Shown piece by piece: positions 46,860-53,470 of a stretch of 55,591 bases of DNA. The translations under genes and the position numbers were made by a program. The stretch's first letter is position 1; the number at the start of each line of letters is the position of its first letter. The stretch comes from a virus (Duplodnaviria; Caudoviricetes): positions 1-55,591 of IMG/VR virus record IMGVR_UViG_3300025168_000106. One strand, written 5' to 3'. The notes beneath the pieces are model-generated. The model saw only the letters and a program-made list of their open reading frames with translations. It made no database searches and had not been told where the DNA came from.

Positions 46860-47107
46860 GCTTTCTTAGGAGTTAAGTATAAATTTTTCAGAGTACGTAT
46901 GTCGTCTGTAAACTCTTTGTAGAGTACATCCTCACCTCTCCCCTCCTCACCTTCGCCCCTTAGAACGCTAATCACTTGGTCTAACCAATATGATTCAAGG
47001 TGATTTTTTTTGCATTGATACCTAGCTTTTAGCACTTCTTCGGCTAACTTCTCACGTGTCCAATCGGACTTCGCAAGGTCTGTAATCATGTTTTTTCTTA
47101 TATTCAT
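46856..47107 (-). CDS. Hypothetical early protein
   Basis: 83 aa, first gene after the promoter at 47134-47166. Confidence 0.65.
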   Translation of the reverse strand: MNIRKNMITDLAKSDWTREKLAEEVLKARYQCKKNHLESYWLDQVISVLRGEGEEGRGEDVLYKEFTDDIRTLKNLYLTPKKA

Positions 47108-47133
47108 TCTTTCTAGATTGTAGATTAATAGTG

Positions 47134-47166
47134 TAAATATAGGGTAATTATTGTGTAATTCCTAAT
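47134..47166 (-). promoter_or_regulatory. Early promoter GAATTACAC-N10-CTATATTTA
   Basis: Conserved with the two other early promoters. Confidence 0.65.
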
Positions 47167-47205
47167 GTATTGCAATAAAACTTATAACTCGCTGTCAGTG
47201 AGTGA

Positions 47206-47239
47206 GTTATAAAGGAGTGAGGGTTTGAACCCTCACTCC
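47206..47239 (-). terminator. Putative terminator of the ribozyme-containing operon, built on the 16-bp palindrome
   Basis: - strand GGAGUGAGGGU-UCAA-ACCCUCACUCC followed by UUUAU, just downstream of the stop at 47252. Confidence 0.6.
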
Positions 47240-47251
47240 CCACTTTTTCTC

Positions 47252-47656
47252 TTAGTTGTTTAATTCGTTAAGAGCTTTATGTAGTCGCAGTCTATCCGCT
47301 TCGTCTTGGTCAGAATCAAAAAACTCACCATTTAAGTCTATCCAATTCCCATCCCACGCCACACCATTCAAGTACCATTGAAAGTTTCGCTGCACAATGT
47401 TCACGCCCTCAATTCCGTTTAATCTTTCTTTGGTGGTGGTGGTTTGCCATCCGCAAGTTGTGATAGATATAGTTCTGTTTAACCCATGAGAGCGCGATGC
47501 GATTACGTTATCATGTAATAGCAATTCTGTTGATACTGAGCGTCTAGGTTCTCCGCTGTTGCTTCTGTGTATTAATATTCTTACTCGCATGTTTTGTCTC
47601 TTGAAAGGTCTGTCGTTCATAAAGGCATTGATTGAATCTCTTGTTATCTTTCTCAT
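47252..47656 (-). CDS. Hypothetical early protein
   Basis: 134 aa with LHDNVIA...ITTCGWQTTTTKERLN, a pattern recalled from phage early proteins. Confidence 0.7.
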   Translation of the reverse strand: MRKITRDSINAFMNDRPFKRQNMRVRILIHRSNSGEPRRSVSTELLLHDNVIASRSHGLNRTISITTCGWQTTTTKERLNGIEGVNIVQRNFQWYLNGVAWDGNWIDLNGEFFDSDQDEADRLRLHKALNELNN

Positions 47657-47657
47657 T

Positions 47658-47885
47658 TTAGTTTCGGATTATATTATAGTTATACTGTGAAGCGTTGAAA
47701 AAACTGTCATCTTTTAACAGTCCTTCGCGTCTCTCAAATTCCTTGTAGTCATCGACATACAAACTTTCGCTTAATTCATGTCGTGTACTCTCAGGCGTTT
47801 CGAATCTGTATTCCGACAGCGTAGAAGAAAATAATATCTTTCTTTCTTTCTGTTCTTTTAACAGGGGTAAATAAATCTTTGTCAT
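47658..47885 (-). CDS. Hypothetical early protein
   Basis: ATG 47885 chosen because it aligns exactly with the start codon of the homologous spacer at 49626. Confidence 0.65.
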   Translation of the reverse strand: MTKIYLPLLKEQKERKILFSSTLSEYRFETPESTRHELSESLYVDDYKEFERREGLLKDDSFFNASQYNYNIIRN

Positions 47886-47923
47886 AACATTTTGATGGTG
47901 GGTCATCACCCGTTAATTGATTG

Positions 47924-47977
47924 GCTGTTTCGACTGTTTTCAGTCATCGTCAGGGGTGATACACATCACCCGACAGC
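47924..47977 (-). ncRNA. Type III hammerhead ribozyme D (extra U after the CUGACGA core)
   Basis: GCUGUC^GGGUGA-UGUGUA-UCACCC-CUGACGA-U-GACUG-AAAA-CAGUC-GAAACAGC; predicted cut between 47972 and 47971. Confidence 0.9.
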
Positions 47978-48007
47978 AGTGAGGGTTCAAACCCTCACTT
48001 CTAGCTG

Positions 48008-48223
48008 TTATCCTTCCCATCCGTTTATTTTGCCCTCTTCATTGTCTAGGGTATTCCATCCGGTAGGGCTCTTCCCGAAAAACCGAACAGAGTCAGCCTC
48101 GTAATCATCTCGCACTTTTTCTAACTCCTTCCGGACAGAGGTTAACTCCGTGCGTAACTCCTCAATTTTTTTGAGCATCAGTAACTCATCTTTACTCCAA
48201 TCTTTAATAATCATAACACACAA
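48008..48223 (-). CDS. Hypothetical coiled-coil early protein
   Basis: Lies between ribozymes C and D; start TTG 48223 or ATG 48214. Confidence 0.65.
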   Translation of the reverse strand: MCVMIIKDWSKDELLMLKKIEELRTELTSVRKELEKVRDDYEADSVRFFGKSPTGWNTLDNEEGKINGWEG

Positions 48224-48235
48224 TTTTGTTGGTTT

Positions 48236-48284
48236 CTGTTTCGTCCTTTAGGACTCATCAGGAGCAGTACACACCGCCCGACAG
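48236..48284 (-). ncRNA. Type III hammerhead ribozyme C
   Basis: CUGUC^GGGCGG-UGUGUA-CUGCUC-CUGAUGA-GUCC-UAAA-GGAC-GAAACAG; predicted cut between 48280 and 48279. Confidence 0.93.
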
Positions 48285-48320
48285 CGGAGTGAGGGTTTGA
48301 ACCCTCACCCCATCACCCCC

Positions 48321-49256
48321 TCACCATTGTGAGGATAACTGTAGCTCTCTCGCACATCTCGTGTAAAGGTCTGTATTACGTCCATGCCTATCAACGAAGG
48401 GTAACACCTCCGCGTTAATTTTGCCGGTCTTAATGAACTTGCAAAACGCCTTCGCTAACTGCATAACCTTGTTAGCCTTATCAACATCGCCATCGTACAT
48501 GGCTAACACAATCGGGGCATATCTCCTTTGCGCTTGTGAAAGCGTGTGACCTTTCATTGCGCTGTCTACTAGGATGTACATGAGCTCGTAACGTCGCTTC
48601 AACGTGTTCACGTTTTGGATGCGTGAAGGGATACGAAACTCAACCGTGTCACCTTTGACATTAGCTACACTGCTACGGCCTGAGCCGTTGTACACGTTCT
48701 CGTGGCCACGTGGTAACATGGTCATATTTTCATTGCAATAGTGATGGTTTAGACGTTTACGATATAACGCAAGTATAATGCCCGATATCGGTCGCATTTT
48801 TTCAAGTAACTCAGCACCGCTGACACCCTCAGCCGCAACGGTCATATGACCTCCGCAACGGTAATCCGTTGGACTCCATTGGTCATCTATAACTCTCTCA
48901 GCCTCATGAAACATGTTGTACACCTTAGTTCGCCACACACACGCCCCGATAAGCGGTAAGATATTCGTGACGGCCTCATAACCGCAGCTGCTATCAGTTT
49001 CGAACCCACAGAACAAAGGATACGGACGAACTGAACCGCGACCGAGTCGGGTTTTTTCAATCTCAAAACCGATTGTAAATTTTGCCCTCACTTCTAAGGC
49101 TGAACTCATGCGCATCGCATCCCGGTCCATTGGTTTCACGTTGGCTATGTCACCGAGTGACGCCCCTCCGTTGTAGTTTCTAAAGCTAGGCTTTCTGTGA
49201 TAGCTAGACATTTGACCGCGATTTCGGTTGCTGTCATTTTCAAATTTTACACCCAT
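48321..49256 (-). CDS. Putative amidoligase (COOH-NH2 ligase, Amidoligase_2-like)
   Basis: TIGFEIE, ETDSSCGYEAVT, RCGGHMTV and TVEFRI motifs of the glutamine synthetase-like ligase fold. Confidence 0.8.
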   Translation of the reverse strand: MGVKFENDSNRNRGQMSSYHRKPSFRNYNGGASLGDIANVKPMDRDAMRMSSALEVRAKFTIGFEIEKTRLGRGSVRPYPLFCGFETDSSCGYEAVTNILPLIGACVWRTKVYNMFHEAERVIDDQWSPTDYRCGGHMTVAAEGVSGAELLEKMRPISGIILALYRKRLNHHYCNENMTMLPRGHENVYNGSGRSSVANVKGDTVEFRIPSRIQNVNTLKRRYELMYILVDSAMKGHTLSQAQRRYAPIVLAMYDGDVDKANKVMQLAKAFCKFIKTGKINAEVLPFVDRHGRNTDLYTRCARELQLSSQW

Positions 49257-49280
49257 AATAAAAGTAAATTAAATTAAATT

Positions 49281-49331
49281 GCTGTTTCGTTCTTTTGAAC
49301 TCATCAGGAGTGACAAACATCACCCGACAGC
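49281..49331 (-). ncRNA. Type III hammerhead ribozyme B
   Basis: GCUGUC^GGGUGA-UGUUUG-UCACUC-CUGAUGA-GUUC-AAAA-GAAC-GAAACAGC; predicted cut between 49326 and 49325. Confidence 0.94.
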
Positions 49332-49356
49332 AGTGAGGGTTTGAACCCTCACCCCG

Positions 49357-49626
49357 TTAAAGGTTAATCGTTCTAACTGTCTTAATTGTTTGTACTGTCT
49401 TATAGTCTAAAATAGTATCACAATATTCAGTCACCATTATCACCGCTAAATCTTCGAATTTGATTAATAACGTGTCATATGAGTCTATAATGACATGCTT
49501 TAAACCTATTTCCTTAACTGTATGCAGGTCGCATAATTCGGCATCTTCTGAAATTACAATCTCTTGCCCTTCGCATAGGTTTTGATTAAGACTAACTAAA
49601 ATAGCTCTTGTGTTAGAGTAATTCAT
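49357..49626 (-). CDS. Hypothetical early protein
   Basis: 89 aa, between ribozymes A and B. Confidence 0.65.
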   Translation of the reverse strand: MNYSNTRAILVSLNQNLCEGQEIVISEDAELCDLHTVKEIGLKHVIIDSYDTLLIKFEDLAVIMVTEYCDTILDYKTVQTIKTVRTINL

Positions 49627-49664
49627 GATATTTTAATGGTAGGCCATTACCCGTTAATTGATTG

Positions 49665-49715
49665 GCTGTTTCGTCCTCATGGACTCATCAGGAACGGAAA
49701 ACACCGTCCGACAGC
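49665..49715 (-). ncRNA. Type III hammerhead ribozyme A
   Basis: GCUGUC^GGACGG-UGUUUU-CCGUUC-CUGAUGA-GUCC-AUGA-GGAC-GAAACAGC; predicted cut between 49710 and 49709. Confidence 0.95.
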
Positions 49716-49746
49716 AGTGAGGGTTTGAACCCTCACTTTATAGCTG

Positions 49747-50415
49747 TTATGCTGCGACCTCCATAGGAGTACTAAGCATTTGCATAAAGGCCGCAAGGGA
49801 CTCCGATATGGCTTCGTCGCTGTTAGTAGTCGTGACGGCTCCATGTTCGTCTATGTTCACCACGACATTGCCGTGAATAGGATGTTTAAAACGAAACTGT
49901 GCCATGTTCGTGCTATTCGTTGGCTCCGCTGTGGCTTCAACCTCAGCACCCTCCACAACGTCCTCAATAGTTTCGCCCGTTTCGGTGGCTTGGTCTAATA
50001 AAGCGCGACTCCATTTGTCAAAGTGCTGAACGCTTCGCGGGGCTTTCTGTCCTGCTGTTGCTAGTCGTGTCTGTTCGCGCTTGTATTTGGTTATGAGTTC
50101 GGGGTGCGCATCGTTTCGGTCAGCTATTCTTACAAGCAAATTAGCTTGTGAACGGTCTGAAAATCTTAACGCTTTTTCCACAAATTCGCTTTTGTTCCAT
50201 GATAGACCGGACTCCGCTAGCTGCCTCTGTCCATCCTTAGATGTAAAATGAATTAGGGCGGCTCTCACTTGTGGGGCTTGGGCTAATGATTTTTCGAACT
50301 GCTTCTTTTTCAAATTTCCTTCAGCATCTTGTAACGTGTGTAACTGTTGTAAACTCCCTCCTTCATAGGTAAAGCCGTTAACAAACTGTGTTTCGATTGG
50401 TAATAAATTAGGCAT
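49747..50415 (-). CDS. Hypothetical protein, first gene of the early operon
   Basis: 222 aa downstream of the promoter at 50475-50502. Confidence 0.75.
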   Translation of the reverse strand: MPNLLPIETQFVNGFTYEGGSLQQLHTLQDAEGNLKKKQFEKSLAQAPQVRAALIHFTSKDGQRQLAESGLSWNKSEFVEKALRFSDRSQANLLVRIADRNDAHPELITKYKREQTRLATAGQKAPRSVQHFDKWSRALLDQATETGETIEDVVEGAEVEATAEPTNSTNMAQFRFKHPIHGNVVVNIDEHGAVTTTNSDEAISESLAAFMQMLSTPMEVAA

Positions 50416-50474
50416 AACTTGTTGATTTTTAGCGTTTTACGCTGTTTTACGGAGCATTATTGCTGCCGCGTGTG

Positions 50475-50502
50475 TAAATATAGTACAATTTTAGTGTAAT
50501 TC
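50475..50502 (-). promoter_or_regulatory. Early promoter GAATTACAC-N10-CTATATTTA driving the ribozyme operon
   Basis: Conserved with the 45568 and 47134 promoters; extra GTGYAAT boxes near 50512 and 50546. Confidence 0.65.
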
Positions 50503-50648
50503 AACAACGTTGTGCAATTAATTTACATTCTTAGTATATTAATAGTGTAATACTAATTTGAACGTATCAAAGCAATGAAATAATGACGGCTAATTGTTAA
50601 GGGTGTAAAGGAGGGCTGAGGGGTAAAGGGAAGGTTCTAAACACTTGC

Positions 50649-50664
50649 GAGGGTTCGAACCCTC
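50649..50664. repeat. Perfect palindrome GAGGGTTCGAACCCTC
   Basis: Fully symmetric copy of the 16-mer in the non-coding divergence region. Confidence 0.85.
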
Positions 50665-50718
50665 ATTGCTTTCTTGCTTGGTCGTGACAAAGCATAGGAG
50701 CGGAGCGCGAAGGATGGA

Positions 50719-50767
50719 CGGACAGACAGCCGGACAGACAGACGTACAACGGACAGACAGACGTACA
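50719..50767 (+). repeat. Short direct repeats CGGACAGACAG(ACGTACA)
   Basis: 18-mer at 50731-50748 and 50750-50767, 11-mer at 50719-50729. Confidence 0.8.
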
Positions 50768-50971
50768 TCGATACGGCTCTATTGGGTGCGGTGCAGGTCT
50801 AGAAAAAACGCCAAAAATTAGGAACGTGCGCAAAGGTTTTTGACTCAGAGCGCAAAAAAGAAATCGGTTTGGGAATCGCACCTCGTCGCGCGGAACGGGG
50901 GGGAACCCAAATACTCTAAACATCTAATAAAATTTTTTAGCGTACCTTAGCGGGGTACTAAAATTACTATT

Positions 50972-51154
50972 ATGAAAGGAGAAGGACTTACAATAAAGGA
51001 TGGTCGTTTAATTAACAACCGTCCTGTTGGGGAATCGGGAATAGCTGAGGCATCTCGTTTACGCCAACAAATGAAGCATCGTTATAAGGCTGAATGTATT
51101 GCTGACGGAATCGGCATTGCTGAAAGGCGCAAAGAAATGTTTAGATTGATGTAG
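50972..51154 (+). CDS. Hypothetical protein
   Basis: 60 aa, preceded by a TACCTTAG box (50943-50950) and followed by a hairpin. Confidence 0.65.
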   Translation: MKGEGLTIKDGRLINNRPVGESGIAEASRLRQQMKHRYKAECIADGIGIAERRKEMFRLM

Positions 51155-51175
51155 TCCATGCATTAATTGATTGGT

Positions 51176-51216
51176 AGAAAGGGGCATTCTATTTATAGGT
51201 TCCCCTTTCTTATTTC
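51176..51216 (+). terminator. Putative terminator
   Basis: AGAAAGGGG...CCCCTTTCT stem followed by TATTT. Confidence 0.55.
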
Positions 51217-51267
51217 ACTTAATGTCGATTATCTGTCATTCTTATGTCGATTATACGACGATAATTT

Positions 51268-51320
51268 TTTTGTAACTTATTGATTATCAATCTCAATGTT
51301 TTAAATGCTTATTTTTACTC
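51268..51320. repeat. Origin-like AT-rich element, copy 2, with IHF-consensus site
   Basis: TTTTGTAACTTATTGATTATCAA...AAATGCTTATTTTTACTC; - strand AATCAATAAGTTA. Confidence 0.6.
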
Positions 51321-51400
51321 CTCTCCTATAGGGGGAAAAATATATACATATAGTTTTCTCTCTCTCTCTATATAGAGAAGAAAGTTTGACACTTCTGTCA

Positions 51401-51408
51401 TACCTTTG
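51401..51408 (+). promoter_or_regulatory. -7 promoter element (TACCTTTG) for groEL
   Basis: TAnnTTTG upstream of ATG 51430. Confidence 0.6.
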
Positions 51409-51429
51409 AATTAAATTAAATCCAATCTT

Positions 51430-53064
51430 ATGTTTAAAGACAATTCGGGATACTCTCCCAAAGACTTACAGTTTGACGACGAGGGTCGTTTACGATTAAT
51501 ATCGGGCGTCACTAAGATGTCTAAAGCTGTAAAGAGCACGTTAGGTCCAAGCGGTCAAACGGTACTCATTGAATCTCCCAACCACACGCACGGCATTACG
51601 GTCACCAAGGATGGTGTTACTGTAGCTAAGGCTGTTGACCTAATTGACCCGGTAGAGAACCTAGCTGTTAGGATGATGAAAGAGGCATCGGACAGGACTG
51701 CGTCTGAGGCGGGCGATGGGACGACTACTGCTATTGTCCTTACGGAGGCTTTGGTGTGTTCTTTTTACGACAATATAGATAGACATGGTTCAGCAAACAC
51801 AACTGAGGCTTTGCGTCATCTTAGCAAATACACTCAAGATATCATCAAGCATCTAGAGGGTATTAGTGAGCCTTTAACTGACAAGCGTCTTCTTGACGTA
51901 GCTACTATCTCAAGTAATAATGACGCAGCGGTGGGTGAGATAATTGCCAAAGTATATAAAGCTGTTGGTAAGGATGGGATTGTTACGGTTGAGAACAGTC
52001 AATCTAGCGAGACCACTTTCGAGACCACTCACGGTATCAAGATAGACAAGGGATATACAGCTCCTTTGTTCATTAACGACCACTCTCGTGACGAGTGTAT
52101 TTTAGACGACTGCAACATCATGGTCTCTGACGCTGAGGTGAGCAGTGTACTACAGATAGAGAAAATTTTAAACCACATTATCCCCACGGGGAAAAAGCTA
52201 CTTATCATAGCTCCTGTCTCTCAACAAGTTACGAATACTTTAGCTGCTAACGTTATGAAAAACGGGTTAAAGGTTTGCATTATCTCTCCTCCTAACTTCG
52301 GGTATAAGCAGCACGAGTTGATGCAAGACATTGCGGCAGCTGTAGGGGCGACGTATTTCAGTGAGAAGACGGGTGACGATTTAAGTCTTATGGAGCCTAC
52401 TGACTTGGGGATTGTTTCTAAGGCTGTTATTGGAAGAGAGTCTACTATCCTTCTTCAATCTTCTGACAATGCTAGTGAAGAGTTATCTAAGCGTATCTCT
52501 CAGCTTCGTGTAGCTGTTAAGAAAGAAAAGAAAAAAGTTGAGAAGGAATTTATCCGTTCTCGTATAGCTACCCTTACGGGTGGTATAGGTGTCATCCATG
52601 TAGGTGGACAAACTGACCTAGAGCAGAAAGAGTTATTTGACCGTGTTGACGATGCGGTGTGTGCTGTACGTTCTGCTTTAGAGGAGGGTATCCTTCCGGG
52701 AGCAGGTATGGCTTTATACAATTCTATACAAGCTTGCTTAAGTAAGGAGTCTGATATTGACCCTAAAGAGATGGCAAGACAAGTGCTTTCTCAATCTCTT
52801 GTAGCTCCTATTGAGCAGATTCTTATTAATGCAGGTACTTCTTTTGATGATGTGTACTATAGAGATTGGCACGCAGGTGATAAGGCGCATCCTAAAGAAG
52901 GTTATGACGTAAAGAATAGTAAGTATGGCCACCTGATAGATATGGGTGTTATAGACCCTCTAAAGGTTACCAAGGTAGCTTTGCAGAACGCTGTCTCGGT
53001 AGCTACAACTATCTTGAGTACTAATGCCATTATTACTATGGCTCGTTCTTTAGAGAAAGAATGA
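51430..53064 (+). CDS. groEL: Phage-encoded chaperonin GroEL
   Basis: AVKSTLGPSG, VTKDGVTVAK, AGDGTTTA, RVDDAV.A, GVIDPLKV; no GGM tail. Confidence 0.97.
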   Translation: MFKDNSGYSPKDLQFDDEGRLRLISGVTKMSKAVKSTLGPSGQTVLIESPNHTHGITVTKDGVTVAKAVDLIDPVENLAVRMMKEASDRTASEAGDGTTTAIVLTEALVCSFYDNIDRHGSANTTEALRHLSKYTQDIIKHLEGISEPLTDKRLLDVATISSNNDAAVGEIIAKVYKAVGKDGIVTVENSQSSETTFETTHGIKIDKGYTAPLFINDHSRDECILDDCNIMVSDAEVSSVLQIEKILNHIIPTGKKLLIIAPVSQQVTNTLAANVMKNGLKVCIISPPNFGYKQHELMQDIAAAVGATYFSEKTGDDLSLMEPTDLGIVSKAVIGRESTILLQSSDNASEELSKRISQLRVAVKKEKKKVEKEFIRSRIATLTGGIGVIHVGGQTDLEQKELFDRVDDAVCAVRSALEEGILPGAGMALYNSIQACLSKESDIDPKEMARQVLSQSLVAPIEQILINAGTSFDDVYYRDWHAGDKAHPKEGYDVKNSKYGHLIDMGVIDPLKVTKVALQNAVSVATTILSTNAIITMARSLEKE

Positions 53065-53216
53065 CTTGCCCTTCTTGCGCCACCGAGATGATATGGGGTG
53101 GTGACCATTCGTATGAGGACTATGGCTTTGTAGATGAGGATGGTATCGTCTCTAACCTAGCGTGTCCTAACGAGGATTGTAAACTTGAAACAATAATAAT
53201 TTATACTAAGATATGA
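53061..53216 (+). CDS. 51-aa Zn-ribbon microprotein (not in ORF track)
   Basis: MTCPSCATEMIWGGDHSYED...SNLACPNEDC; ATGA overlaps with both groEL and groES. Confidence 0.75.
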   Translation: MTCPSCATEMIWGGDHSYEDYGFVDEDGIVSNLACPNEDCKLETIIIYTKI

Positions 53217-53470
53217 AACCTATAGGAAAATATATAGCCATCAAACCTATTGAGGAGAAGGTAAAGACTTCGAGTGGGTTAGTTCTCTCGGCACAAGATG
53301 TTGGAGACTTCCGTTATAGGAAGGGAACGGTTGTAGCTCCGGGAACGGAGGTGACGCAGATTAAAGCGGGCGACGTTATCTTCTACGACAGGGGAGCGGG
53401 ACACAGTATGATGATTGATGAAAAAGTCATTACGATTATTCGGGAGCCTGATGTCGTCGTTGTCGTGTAG
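53213..53470 (+). CDS. groES: Co-chaperonin GroES
   Basis: MKPIGKYIAIKP, KTSSGLVL, GTVVAPG, IKAGDVIFY. Confidence 0.93.
   Translation: MKPIGKYIAIKPIEEKVKTSSGLVLSAQDVGDFRYRKGTVVAPGTEVTQIKAGDVIFYDRGAGHSMMIDEKVITIIREPDVVVVV

Noticed and set aside
47182-47212. Inverted repeat TTATAACTCGCT...AGTGAGTTATAA as a separate ncRNA
   Set aside because: A single short hairpin between terminator and promoter; it could be a protein site, but there is too little evidence to call.
47892-48104. + strand 70-aa ORF across ribozyme D
   Set aside because: Antisense to the operon and overlapping a structured RNA; no protein-like features.
47924-49737. Repeated ~75-bp units as a CRISPR array or attC-like sites
   Set aside because: The units are separated by whole genes (300-1000 bp), vary by compensatory changes and match the hammerhead core; no cas or integrase gene is present.
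50649-50664. GGGTTCGAACCC / GGGTTCAAACCC as a tRNA T-arm or attP site
   Set aside because: No cloverleaf or acceptor stem around any copy, the loop does not fit a 7-nt T-loop with a 5-bp stem, and there is no integrase.
50663-50923. - strand 86-aa ORF in the divergence region
   Set aside because: Translation of simple repeats (VCPLYVCLSGCLSV) with no supporting start context; more likely non-coding.
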